A stretch of 63,727 nucleotides of DNA, counting the filler, from Chiloscyllium plagiosum (taxonomy: Eukaryota): assembly GCF_004010195.1 (NCBI RefSeq). It is 4 parts of one record of this genome, joined end to end, with 100 filler letters (N's around TTAATTAATTAA, not from the genome) between each part and the next. Parts side by side here need not be neighbours in the genome. Positions count along the whole stretch, not along the records: positions 1 to 21,558 come from NC_057713.1; 3 more parts are not named here. The stretch is one strand, 5' to 3'. Position 1 is the first letter of the stretch. Every line of letters starts with the position of its first letter. Under the pieces are notes generated by a model. It saw only the letters and a program-made list of their open reading frames with translations, had not been told where the DNA came from and did not search any database. A program made the position numbers and the translations under genes. Below, piece by piece: positions 1 to 12,356 of this stretch.

Positions 1-1026
1 CTTACTTTAAAGCTATGCCCCCTTGTAATACCCGCCTCCATACGCGGGAAAAGGTTCACACTGTCAACGCTATCTAACCCCCTAATCATCTTGTGCACCT
101 CAGTCAAGTCACCTCTAAACCTTCTTTTCTCTAGTGAAAACAGCCCCAAGTGCCTCAGTCTTTCCTCATACGATTTTCCTTCCATACCAGGCAACATCCT
201 GGTAAACCTCCTCTGCACCCGTTCCAGTGCCTCCACATCCTTCCTATAGTATGGCGACCAAAACTGCACACAATATTCCAGATGCGGCCGCACCAGAGTC
301 TTATACAACTGCAACATGACCTCAGTACTCCGGAACTCAATTCCTCTACCAATAAAAGCCAGTACGCCATATGCCTTCCTCACCGCACTATTTACTTGGG
401 TGGCAACTTTCAGAGATCTGTGTACATGGACACCAAGATCCCTCTGCTCATCCGCACTACCAAGTATCCGACCATTAGCCTAGTACCCCATCTTTTTGTT
501 ATTCTTCCCAAAGTGAGTCACCTCACACTTAGCTACATTGTATTCCATTTGCCACCTTTCTGCCCAGCTCTGCAGCTTCTCTATATCCTGCTGTAACCTG
601 CCACATGCTTCCTCACTGTCAACAACTCCTCCGACTTTTGTGTCATCCGCAAACTTGCTCACCCAACCTTCTAACCCCTCTTCCAGGTCATTTATAAAAA
701 TGACAAACAGCAATGGTCCTAAAACAGATCCTTGCGGAACACCGCTAGTGACGGCACTCCATGAAGAAACTTTGCCATCAACTACTACCCTCTGTCTTCT
801 TCCATCCAGCCAATTCCTAATCCAAACCTCCAACTCACCCTCAATGCCATATCTCCGTATTTTCTGCAGTAGCCTACCATGGGGAACCTTATCAAACGCC
901 TTACTAAAATCCATATATACCACATCCACCGCTTTCCCCTCATCAACCTCCTTCGTCACCTTTTCAAAGAATTCAATAAGGTTTGTGAGGCACGACCTGC
1001 CCTTCACAAAACCATGCTGACTATCC
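1..1026 (-). mobile_element. CR1-clade LINE ORF2 fragment (reverse transcriptase and C-terminal region)
   Basis: ORF 480..1007 has [35 protein letters not shown] and FADD RT motifs; the C-terminal region continues, frameshifted, toward position 1. Confidence 0.95.
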
Positions 1027-1109
1027 TGATGCCGCCTGACCTGCTGCGTTTTTCCAGCAACACATTTTTAAGCTCTGATCTCCAGCATCTGCAGTCCTCA
1101 CTTTCTCCT
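1027..1109 (+). mobile_element. Penelope-like element (family A) terminal repeat fragment
   Basis: gatgccgcctgacctgctgcg...ctgcagtcctcactttctcct matches the terminus shared by copies at 21659, 33144, 40822, 43040 and the GIY-YIG-bearing copy ending near 34192. Confidence 0.8.
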
Positions 1110-1180
1110 AACACCAGGTTATAGTCCAACAGGTTTATTTGGAAGCACTAGCTTTTTGAGCGCTGCTCCTTCATCAGGTG
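1110..1180 (-). mobile_element. Penelope-like element (family B) terminal repeat with degenerate hammerhead core
   Basis: Minus strand reads CAC CTGATGA AGGAGC AGC GCTCA AAAA GCTA GTG; same sequence family as 9300-9460. Confidence 0.7.
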
Positions 1181-1924
1181 AATCATTATGAACAGCATCT
1201 TCTAATTTTCATTGATGTCAACCTGGGAAATTTCAGTCATACTGCTGTGGTTAAAAACAGTGGCACTTCGGAAACTGGAGTCTCCAAGTGGGATGCACAG
1301 CGCTCCATACTGGAAAGGGCATCCTGTGTGTGTAATGGAAGCTTCCAAACTGGCCATATCATGATGTTAAACAGCTGTTGAGCAAATTTGATGCATATAA
1401 TTGAAACTTCAACTGTGAAGGTTCACTGAATGTATTCCTTGTCACTCAAGGCTGAACATGCATTGAACTGAAACAGGAAATGTCCTCACCCACTGGTACT
1501 ATTTAAAGAGCCAGCCATCTAACTTGCAAATTATTTTGCTTAATTAATGGTGTTGATAGCTAAGCTAGCATTTAAAACTTGATTTAAGGCAAGGCAACTT
1601 TACGTATTCAAAATTGTGTAGAAATACAGAAAATTTCATTTTATCAGTTACTGGGAGCATGTGAATAAGACAGCCCACGTGATCGTTAGGATGTAAGATC
1701 ATATAATTACCTTCATGGTGGAGAAGAGGTGATGTCTTGACTTGGACATAGTTAGTACTTACCATGTTTAAACAGATAGTAATGTTTGCAGACTTCACTC
1801 TTGCAAACCCTCTCCTGCAATCCAACCAAAGCACATGGCAGATGGTGGCAGCAGGTGAAAAATCCAAGCAATTGAACAGTGCATGGAACATAGCAAAAGA
1901 ACAGAGAAGGCAATGCAAAGTGAT

Positions 1925-2990
1925 TGCCATTACTTGAGAGTTTTGAACAAGTTGAAATCAATGGGAATGAGGAAACACATTATCCACTGGTTGGAGTGAT
2001 GCCTGGCACATAGGAAGATGAATGTTTGTGGGGAGATCAGTCATCTCATCTCGAGGACATCTCTGCAGGAGTTCCTTAATGTTGTGCCCTAGGTCCAACC
2101 ATCTTCTGCTGCTTCATCAATGATCTTCTCTCCACCATATGGTCAGAAGTGGGGATGTTAGCCAATGATTACACAATGTTCAGCACCATTTGCAAATCCT
2201 CAAATACTGAAGCAGTCCATGTTCAAATGCAACAAGACCTCGATAATATGCAGGCTTGGGCTGAAAAGTGGCAAGTAACATTTGTGCTACGCAAATGCCA
2301 GGCAATGACTGTCTTCAGTAAGAGACAATCTAACCACTGCCCCTTGATATTCAATGATGTTACCATCACTGAATTTTCCCCATTATCATTGACCCAAAAC
2401 TGTATTGGACCAGCCACATAAATACTGTAGTTGTAATAGCAGTTCAAAAGCTAGGAATTCTGCAGTGAGAGACTCATCTTTTATCTCTCCAGTGTCTGTC
2501 CACAATCTACAAGACTCAAGTCAGGACTGTGATGGTATAATGTCAACCTGCCTGGATAAGTGGCAGTCTAACACCACTCAGAGAGCTTGAAACAAGCCAT
2601 TTTACTGACACTCATTCACTACCCTCACCAACACACAGTGTCAGCTTTGTGTCCAATCTACAAGGTAAACTGCAGTCACTCAGCACGTTCCAAACCCACA
2701 GCCTTGACCACAAGAGGGACAGTGGTAATAGAACCTTGGGAAGGCTTCCATCTGCAAATTCACCTTCAAGAATCATATGTTCGTGACTTAGAAATATATA
2801 ATTGTTCCTTCACCATCTCTAGGACAAAATCCTGGAACTCACTTCATAGCAGCACTATAAATAATGTATTCCCTACACCACAAGGTCTGCAATGATTCCA
2901 AAAGACAACTCACCACCACCTTTTGCAGGGCAATTAGGAATGGGCAATAAATACCAGTGACGTGTACATCCCGTGAACAACTAAAAATAA
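1925..2990 (+). mobile_element. Decayed CR1-group LINE (second family), RT to 3' UTR
   Basis: ORF 2149..2421 (MQQDLDNMQAWAEKWQVTF); homologous to minus-strand copies at 4130-5100 and 9685-11335. Confidence 0.85.
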
Positions 2991-4129
2991 ATAGCTTTTC
3001 CAAAAAACGCAATGCCTGACAATCAGCTTTAGGTATATTGAATTTTCAATGAATTTTTGCTTCAGATTTGCAGAAAGTTCTCAACTACTATGAGAAATTA
3101 GGCAAGGCCATGACCACAGGAATTTTACATTTACCACTCTAAGCCATTAAAACTACTTATTGCAGAGATTCAAAGGCACTTGACATAGAACAAAGTGATT
3201 CACAGATGGATTGATGTCAGAGCAAATACAAAGTGGCTGTTCTAGCCGTTTATAGGACAGGAAGTGTTATATGTGTTTATAGTAATTCCATTCGTATAAT
3301 TTTACATCCACAGACCAGTCAGAAAAATCATGACTATGACCTTTTATATTTTTATTAAAGCACAATCCCTACAACAGTAAAACAAATTTGAGATTTGGAT
3401 TGAAAAATCAGTCATTAAAACATATAATAAATGTGGCTGACCTGAAAGGAAGTCTATTACATTGGTGCAAGAGCAGGGATAATGATGGTGGTTTACCACT
3501 GCTGACTTGTAAGGATGTAGGGTCCAAAAGGAAGATGTTCATGGAGCGTGCAGCAACGTTGTGCTGAAGACACAGGATGATGACTGGGACAAGCAACTGA
3601 CAAGCAGCAGCCATGAGATACTCACTCTGACTTGCATGTTGGGAATTTGTTCCACTTATTTTCTCAGGGAAGGAGAGGAAAATTCAAAATGGTGCAAAAA
3701 TAAGGCAAGTTGACTCATAAAGAGAAACAGATACACAAGAAATAAGACAGTGGATGCACAATGGCAAAATTCTGAAGTTGTTATTTAGAGTTTAAGGGGA
3801 CAGTCACAAAAAACTTTCTGAATATCGAGTTTTCTCACACCCTTCAGATTTACTAATTTTCTTGCCATTGCTCACACCACAGCAGCGAGGGGAAAATTCC
3901 ACCCAATAGTCTAGCTAGTCTAAAATCTGTCAGTGGGAAAACTCTATAATCCATTAAAATGAGGTAGTTGTGAGACATTTAAAATATCAAAATACAATTA
4001 GGCATAGATGGTTTTGTTAAAGGAAATTGTGTTTGACAATTTGTTATAATTCCTGGGAAAGTAACAAGTTGAATGGATAAAGTAGGAGTAGTGCATTTGG
4101 ATTCTTAAAACACATTCAGGAAAGTTTTT

Positions 4130-5100
4130 TTAAATTCATCTGTCGGATATGGGTACGGATGGCTGGGCCAGTATCTATTGTCCACACCGTTGCCCTTTAG
4201 AAGGTGGTGTTGAGTTGCCTTCTTAAACTGCTATTGTCCATTGTGCTGTAGATAGACCCACAATGCTTTTGGGGTGGAAATTCCAGGACTTTGACCCAAT
4301 GACATTGAAGGAATGACCATATATTTCCAAGTCAGGATGGTGAGTGGCTTGGAGTGAAATTTGCAGGTGGTGGTATTCCCAAGATTTATTGCTCTTGTCC
4401 TTCTAGATGGAAGTGGTCATGGGTTTGGAAGGTACTGTCTCAGGATCTTTGATAAATTTCTACAGTGCATCTTGTAGATGGCACACAATGCTGTGACTGA
4501 ATATCAGAAGTGTAGGGGGTGAATATTTGTGGATGTGAGCCAATCAGTTGGGCTGCTTTTGCCTGGATGGTGTCAAGCTTCTTGAGTGTTGCTGAAGCTG
4601 CACCCATCCAGGCCAGTGGGGAGTATTCTATCACACTCCTGACTTGTATCTTGTAGGTGTTAGACAGGCTTTGAGAAGTCAAAGGTGGATTAATCCTTGC
4701 AGTATTCCCAGCCTCTGACCTGCTGTTGTGGTCATTGTATTTTTATGACAAGTCTAGTTTCATTTCTGGTCAATGGTAACACCCAGGAGGTTGATCATTG
4801 GGGATGTAATGATGGCAATGTCAAAGGATGGTAGTTAGAATGTCTCTTATTGGAGATGTCTATTGCCTGGCACTTGTGTGGCAAGGATGTTACTTGTTTC
4901 CTTTCAGTCCACACCAGGTCTTGCTGCATTTAGGTATGGATTGCTTCAGTATCTGAGGAGTTGCAAATGGTGCTGAACATAATGCAATCATCGGCTAACA
5001 TCCCCACTTCTGACCGTATGATGGAGGGAAAAGTCATTGATGAAGCAGCTGAAGATGGTGGGCCCTGGGACACATTAAGTAACTCCAGCAGAGATGTCAC
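4130..5100 (-). mobile_element. Decayed CR1-group LINE (second family), 3' part
   Basis: ORF 4440..4682 YKIQVRSVIEYSPLAWMGAA..LKKLDTIQ; collinear with 9685-10620. Confidence 0.85.
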
Positions 5101-5870
5101 TAAAGTGTCACAAAGAAAATTCCTGCATTGGGTGAAAGGTCATGGTGTATTGGAGTTGATCTATTAGCATGAATAAAGGATTAGCTAACTAATAGGAAAC
5201 AGAGTCAGGATAAATGGATCATTTCAGGTTGGCAAATCATATCTAATGAAGTGCCACAGGGATCAGTGCTGTGGCCTCAACTTTTTAAGATCTTGGAAGA
5301 AAGGGCTGATGTATAGTTTCCAACTGTATGTGCTGATCATACAAAAAGGAAAGAAAAACAAGTTATTGAGTCTCCAAAGGGATATAAATAGATTATTGGG
5401 TGAATGGTTATTTGACAGATGGAGTATAATGAGGAAAATGTGACGTTGACCATTTTGGCAGGAAGAATGGAAAAGCAGATTATTTAAATGGAGAGAGATT
5501 GTGACCTGCAACATTAAAACAATATCTGGGTGCACAGAAATCACAAAACAATAGCCTTAGGTACAGCATTTAATTAGGAAGGTAAATGGAATGCTTAAAA
5601 GTAAGGAATTCTCCCATTTAACATGGAATTGAGGAAGAATGTTTTTCACTCAGGGCTTCATTAAGTTTTAGAATTCTATTCCATAGAGAGCAATCAAGTG
5701 TGGGTCGATGAATAGATTTAAGGATGAGTTAGTCAGTTAGTCAGAATTTGATTGATACCTAGTCAAGCATTATCGGGAATAACAGGAAAATGGATTAAGG
5801 CCACAATCAGGTCAATATGAGCTTATTGAATGGTGGAATAGACTCAATGGACTGAATGACCTTCTTCCAG
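5100..5870 (+). mobile_element. Heavily decayed CR1 LINE 3' fragment
   Basis: gtgccacagggatcagtgctg (VPQGSVL) and LQRDINRL; ends in a CR1-type 3' UTR (attgaatggtggaatagactcaatggactgaatgacct). Confidence 0.75.
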
Positions 5871-6530
5871 GCCTTTTTTTTAATGAGAGTTTGATCCTAT
5901 TTGTTTCCAAATTGTGCTTCTAATCACATCACTCCACCATTATTTTCACATCATTTATATGAGCCAACTGGCCCCTACATCTGGTTCTCAAACCCTCATC
6001 CATGTCTTTGTTAGCATTTGTTCCATTGTGTTTTGGGCCAAGTTTCCACCTTATATAAACTGGTGCACATTAAGTCCATGTTGTCCATGTTCCACCTCAT
6101 ATGATGGATGTGATTTTCCTCTCCTTGGAGGTGGTGAGGAAGGTGGTAGATAAGGGAAACTTACCAGTGGGGAACATGAACTTTGGTCACTTCAGCAATT
6201 AAATTTTGATAAAGAAGATGGGCCACATTGTCAACTCATGACCATTTAAGACCCTTAAATGGTCAATAAACAACTGCTTAAGGGTCTCAAGCCACCACTT
6301 GGCTGATTCTTGACAGATGATAAAAAAAAGGCTGCCTCCCCAAAGACAATCTGCCTGGCAGATTGGGTGGGTTTGGCAGCCATTCTCAGGTTGGAGGAAG
6401 TTGGGCAGAAGGGTGACTACTGAAAGCCAATCCTTGCCAATATTTCAGACACTCGCCACCATGATCCACACCACAGAATTCCCTGATTTCCACTTGGTGA
6501 AAAGACCTAATTGTTGGTGCAGCTGTTCAT

Positions 6531-6699
6531 AGCTGCACAGGCTAAGCCTCTGAAGACTCACTGCTCTCCTCAGATGGAGCTGGCTAGATAATCACTAAAT
6601 ACTTAATTTATGATTGATCAGCGAGCATTCTTACTGGAGGGGGAAGGAAGTTGCCTGCCTAATACTTTGATTAGGATTTAGTGCTCACTGACTAGGCCA
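6531..6699 (+). repeat. Direct repeat copy 1 of a ~170 bp sequence (copy 2 at 9226-9566)
   Basis: agctgcacaggctaagcctctgaagactca...gtgctcactgactaggcca aligns with 9226-9566 once the insertion at 9300-9460 and one TSD copy are removed. Confidence 0.9.
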
Positions 6700-6995
6700 G
6701 CATTTATTGCTGATTCCTAATTGCCCAGAGGGCTGTTAAGAGTTAAGCACATGACTCTGTGTCTGGAGTCATATATAGGCAAGAACGCCAGATTTCCTTT
6801 CCTAAACGACTTTGATAAAGCAGATGAATTTTTATGTCAATCAATAGTGTCACCATTAGGCTAGCTTTTAATCCAAACTTTTGTTGAATTCAAATTTCAC
6901 CATCTGCTATGGCGGTACTCAAACCTATGTCCCTGGATCATTATACAGGAGTTTGAGATTACTACTCCAGTGACATAACCACCACCACAACCCCT
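6690..6995 (-). mobile_element. tRNA-derived SINE whose 3' tail resembles the second CR1-group LINE family
   Basis: Tail ggccagcatttattgc..cctaattgccc resembles LINE tails at 4165 and 9720; tRNA-like head at the minus-strand 5' end. Confidence 0.6.
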
Positions 6996-7974
6996 CCCCT
7001 GAATGGGCCAGAATGGATTGGGAAGTTTATATGGAGGGAGAGAGTAAGGCAGGATGGAATAGCTGTGAACTTAGATGAAAAAGAATACAAACTGAGATGC
7101 AGGTTAAATTACTGAGAATGAAAAGTTGATGCATTGAGAGAGAGAGAAAGAGAGAGAGGAAATGTTGTGGGTATCTTAATTCCAAAAGCTCTTTGAAATT
7201 TAGAGTTTGGGAGAATGCAATGATAGACCTAGGTCAATGGGAAAGTCTAGGAGGTGGTCAGAATTGGATCCAGGGCAAAACAAAAAAAAGAACAATGCTG
7301 CATTTGGAGGTCACCATTGAATCCAGATTTGGCACAGAAATGTACTTCAGTCTTGGGAGGATGGATGCCCGGCGAGTGTTGTACAGCGTATAAGCGTAGG
7401 CTAATACTGAGCAGGGACAATAGGCACCACCTATTATGATGACATCATATGGATCTTGTGAGAGAATAGCTTAGGATCTCAAATGAATAAAATTTACCAA
7501 TCAGATGTTCATCATGGTCTCTCATTATGTTTATCATATCAATATAATTTGTACTTAGTACTCTCAAAAAACCAATGTCAAGAAATTATCGAGCACTTAT
7601 TTTTTGTGGGATATATATGGCAGTATATTGTATTAATTCTGTTGTGAACAGTAATTGTGGGGAAACATTAACAAATAGCTGAGGGTGGGGTGACGCATCA
7701 TTTAGAAGATAGAGTCTAGAAGCCATAATATACATAAACAATTTGGAAGATTGATCAGACAAAAATAACTTCATATCAGCTGAGAAAATTCTGAAAATAT
7801 TAAAGATCGAGCTCTGAAAGTTGTAGACAGTAAGGAAGGAAACAGCAAATTTATAAAAAGTTCATGCTAAGTTTTTATTTTGTATTGATGTTGACAATAC
7901 AATCAATAACTTTTCTCCGTGTTCGTAAAATTATTTTTGCAATGACATTAGTAAGTACACAGATGCTGAATTAT

Positions 7975-8370
7975 GACATAGGTACAGAAGTTGGCCATTC
8001 AGCCCATCGACTCTGCACCGCCATTCAACAAGATAGTAGCTGATCTGATAATCCTGAACTCCATTTTCCTGCTTTATCTCCACACCCCTTGATTCCCTTA
8101 GTAATTAAAAATCTGTCAATCTCAGCCTTTAATATTCTTAATAACCGGTCTCAACAGTCCTCTTGGGTAAAGAATTTCACAGATTCAGTACACTCTGAAA
8201 GAGTAAAATCTCCCTCACCTCTGTTTTAAATGTGACCTCTTATTCTGAAATTATAAAATCAATTCCTAGACTGTTTTACAAGGGCAAACAATCTTTCTGC
8301 ATCTACCCTGTCAAGTCCCTTAAGACTCTCGCATGTTTCAATCAAGTTGTCTTTCATTCCCCCCAATTTC
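7975..8370 (-). mobile_element. CR1 LINE 3' end fragment
   Basis: gacataggtacagaagttggccattcagcccatcga..gctgatctgataatcc is the reverse complement of the CR1 3' UTR seen at 38780-39020. Confidence 0.75.
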
Positions 8371-9299
8371 AATGAGTTATTATTTTCTTTTGCTTGTTAT
8401 AATAATATTGAACTGAAATTAAAATCATTTAGGCATAATATAAAGGATGCACCGAGTTAACGGGACATCAAATAAGAATGAACAATAGAGGGAATAACAA
8501 GAATTTAGAATAAGGGAGCAGGCTCTACAAATTCCTTTCCAAGCTACTAATTTTATCTGACTCGGTAGTATCTTGCTTCAAAATCACTGGGTTAAATTCC
8601 TGGAGCTTCTTCTCTAATGGCATTGTGGATCTACCTACAGAAAATGGACTGTAGTAATTCAAGATGGCAGCTCTCCATCACCTTTTCAAGGGCAGCTACA
8701 GATGGCAATAAAGGTTGATCCAGCTAATGAAGCCAACATCCTGCCAATGAGTAAAAACAGATGCAGAACAAAGAAAACTAGGAATTAATGATCAGGATCC
8801 AGACATAAAAGTATAGAAATCTTAACTATTTTAATAAATTGACACAACAGCTTTTCAGATGGCTGGCTGCATAAAAGGCGTGACCTTAGCTGTATCAGCT
8901 CCAGGCAGACTATGAGCTCAAGCAAGTTCTCAGTTAAAATACGAACAATCACAGCTACTTGTGAAATTCAGAATTCCCTTTGTTAAAGATGAAGTGACAA
9001 TAAAACAAGACTATTTTACATTAGCCGACTTGCCTTCCACTTTAACTTAGCTATAGTGACTTGAAAGTTGATTTCCTTTGCTGAAAGTAAATCATAGTAT
9101 TGTTAGACTTGAATGGCCCACTTGTTTACAAAGGCTGTTGCTGTCTCAAAAACTCTAAGATTGTGGAAAGCTTCAACACACAGCCCAACCTTCCTTTGGA
9201 AGAAGATCTTTGAATTCACCATCAGAGCTGCAAGGCTAGGCCTCTGAAGACTCATTGCTGTCCTCAGATGCAGCCAGCTAGATAAACACTAAATACTTA

Positions 9300-9460
9300 T
9301 GATTTGGAGGTGCCGGTGTTGGACTGGGGTGTACAAAGTTAAAAATCACACAACACCAGGTTATAGTCCAACAGGTTTAATTGGAAGCACTAGCTTTCAG
9401 AGTGCCGCTCCTTCATCAGGATTGTTGTGCTGACTATAACCTGGTGTTGTGTGATTTTTA
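9300..9460. mobile_element. Short fold-back Penelope-like insertion (family B) with 12-bp TSD
   Basis: TSD actaaatactta at 9288-9299 and 9461-9472; internal inverted repeat aaaaatcacacaacaccaggttatagtc / gactataacctggtgttgtgtgattttt; empty site seen in the paralogous copy at 6531-6699. Confidence 0.85.
9388..9419 (-). ncRNA. Minimal hammerhead ribozyme core (PLE family B)
   Basis: Minus strand CTGATGA A GGAG CGGCA CTCT GAAA GCTA GTG: CUGANGA and GAAA boxes, stem II, palindromic AGCT stem III. Confidence 0.65.
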
Positions 9461-9684
9461 ACTAAATACTTAATTTGTGATTGATCCAGTGAGCATTCTC
9501 ACTGGATGGGAAGGAAGTTTCCTGCCTAACACTTTGGTTAGGATTTAGTGCTCACTGACTAGGCCACGTGATTCTGATCTATCTTTTAAAAAGAGCAGCA
9601 GAAGTTAATCTGGTGATAAATACTCTAATAGTACCTGAGACATTATCCAATAAACCATCAAACCAGCTTCAAGCCACTTTTAAA

Positions 9685-11335
9685 AATTATTTATTTGTGG
9701 GCCTTGGGCATTGCTGGCTGGCCAGCATTGAAAGCCCAACCCTATTTGCCCCTGAGAAGTGGTGGTGAGCTGCCTTCTTGAATCGTTGCAGTCCACTTGC
9801 TGTGGGTTGACCCACAATGCCAATAGAAAGGGAATTCCAGGATTTTAGCCCAACGACTGTGAAGGAACGGCTGTTTGTTTCCAACTCAAGGTGGTAGTGG
9901 CTTGGACGGGAGCTTGTAGGTGGTGGTGTTCCCAAATACCTGCTGTCCTTGTCCTTCTAGATGGAAGTGGTCATCGATTGGGAAGATGCTGTCTAAGGAT
10001 CTTTGGTGACTTTCTGCGGTGCATCTTGTAGATAGTACACCCTGCTGCTACTGAGCACCGGTGGTAGAGGGATTAAATGTTTGTATATGTGGTGTCAATA
10101 AAGCAGGTTGTTTTGTCCTGGATGGTGTCAAGCTGCTTGAGTGTTGTTGGAGCTGCACCCATTCAGGTAAGTGGGGAGTATTCCATCACACTCCTGACTT
10201 GAGCCTTGTAGATGGTGGATAGACTTAGGGTGTCAAGAGATGAGTTACTCACCACAGTATCCATAGTCTCTGACATGGTCTTGTATCCACAGTATTTATG
10301 TAGTGAGTCGAGTTGAGTTTCTGGTCAATGGTAACCCCAAGGATGGTGACAATGGGGATGGTAATACCGTTGAATATCAAGAGGCGTTGGTTCGAGTGTC
10401 TTTTATTGTTGATGGTCATTAGCTCACATTTGTGTGTTACTTGTCGGCCCAAGCCTGGATATTGACCAGATCTTGTTGCATTTGAGCATGGACTCCTCAG
10501 TATCTGAGGAGTCACGAATTGTGCTGAACACTGTGCAATCATCCCCACTTCTGACCTTATGACAGAGGGAAGGTCATTGATGAAGCAGCTGAAGATTGTT
10601 GGGCCTAGGATACTACCCTGAGATGTCCTGGAGCTGAGATGACTGACCCTTCACAACCATAGCGATCTTCCTTTGGGCCAGGTATGACTCTAACCAGTGG
10701 AGTGTTTGCCCCTGATACCCATTGATTCCAGTTTTGCCAGGGCTCCTTGATGCCATACGCAGTCAAATGTGGCCTTGATGTCAAGGGCTGTTACTCTCAC
10801 CTCACCTCTGGAATTCAGCTCTTTTGTCCATGTTTGAACCAAGGCTGTAATGAGATAAGGAGCTGAGTGACCCTGGCGAAACCCACACTGGGTGTCACTG
10901 AGCAAATTGTTGCTGAGCAGGTGTTACTTGATAGCACTGTTGATGACCCTTCCATCACTTTACTGATGATGGAGAGTTGACTGATTGGGCGGTGATTGGT
11001 GGTTTTGGACTTGTTCTGCTGTTTGTGTACAGGACATACCTGGGCAATTTTCCACATTGTCAGATAGATGCCAGTGTTGTAACTGTATTGGAAGAGCTTG
11101 GCGAGGGAAGCAGCATGTTCTGGAGCACACATCTTCAGTACTTTTGCCGGAATGTTATCAGGGCCCATTGCCTTTGCAGTATCCAGTGCCTCCAGCCATT
11201 TCTTGATATCACATGGAGTGAATCAAATTGGCTAGAGACTGGTAACTGTGATGCTGGGGACCACTGGAAGAGCCTGAAATAGATAATTCACTTGGCACTT
11301 CTGACTGAAGATTGTTTTCAATGCATCAGCCTTAT
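9685..11335 (-). mobile_element. CR1-group LINE (second family), RT through 3' UTR, frameshifted
   Basis: GPDNIPAKVLK, RPISQLSIISKVME, QCGFRQGHS and ALDIKATFDCVWHQG motifs in ORFs 10815..11168 and 10690..10905. Confidence 0.92.
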
Positions 11336-11812
11336 GCCAACAAGGTAATTGTACCCAGAAGGATTATCCCCCAACTGTTCCACTTTATGTTTACCTGGAA
11401 TTTCCTGACAATTCAACTACAAAAAACCTCACAACTTACTAAGACTTCATTGCTTTTACCAGACTATCATCAAGGACATGTGTGATCATGCTATCATGAA
11501 CCTGGCCAATAATGATGATGACCTTCTTAAGAAATCTATTTTTTTGTACTTGCTTGCAAATTCCTCACAGCTGACTATGTCAAATGTCTTGGTCAGGTCC
11601 ACAAAAATGGTGCAGAGGCACACGTTCTGGTCTTGACATTTCTCCTGCAGAATATCTGGTCAAGATGGCAGCGGAGTAGAACACTCCAACTGGAGCTCCT
11701 CAGCTCCTTCCGTTTATTTCTCATTTTCTTCTCTTTTTACCCCTCTTTTACCCCCTTGGTTTTCTCTCCAGGGCAGGAGGAATGGAGAAGAGCAGTCTAG
11801 AGGCCCAAGCGG

Positions 11813-12356
11813 TGCAGGGATGGTCAGCAGCCAGGAGGCCCCTGCGGAGCAGGGATGACTAGTGGCCTGAGGCCCTCATGGAGCAGAGATGGTCAGTGGG
11901 GTAGAGGCCCTCACCGAGCAGAGATGGAGGGCGGGGTAGAGGCCTTCACTGAGCAGAGATGGCAGCAGTGTAGAGGCACTCACAGAGCAGAGATGGCAGC
12001 AGGGTAGAGGCCCTCACTGAGCAGAGATGGCAGCAGGGTAGAGGCCCTCACAGAGCAGAGATGGCAGCAGGGTAGAGGCCCTCACAGAGCAGAGATGGCA
12101 GCGGGGTAGAGGCCCTCACAGAGCAGAGATGGCAGCAGGGTAGAGGCACTCACAGATCAGAGATGGCAGCAGGGTAGAGGCCCTCACTGAGCAGACATGG
12201 CAGCAGGGTAGAGGCACTCACAGAGCAGAGATGGCAGCATGGTAGAGGCCCTCACAGAGCAGAGATGGCAGTGGGTTAGAGGCCTTCACTGAGCAGAGAT
12301 GGCAGCACAGTAGAGGCCCTCACAAAGCAGAGATGGCAGGTGGGGTAGAGGCCCTC
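11813..12356 (+). repeat. 34-bp minisatellite (~16 units)
   Basis: Unit gagcagagatggcagcagggtagaggccctcaca; period 34 (e.g. 11951 and 11985); leftmost units more diverged. Confidence 0.95.

Noticed and set aside
480..1007. RT plus nearby repeats as a retron or DGR-type system
   Set aside because: The RT motifs are CR1 non-LTR type and multi-copy; there is no msr/msd and no adenine-specific TR/VR divergence.
150..1020. Plus-strand ORFs of 148 and 160 aa, and similar ones at 53126 and 53560
   Set aside because: They are antisense shadow frames of CR1 ORF2.
6090..6480. Palindromic MITE-like segments (also ~24540-25110 and ~25850-26130)
   Set aside because: Too decayed to define TIRs or a TSD by eye.
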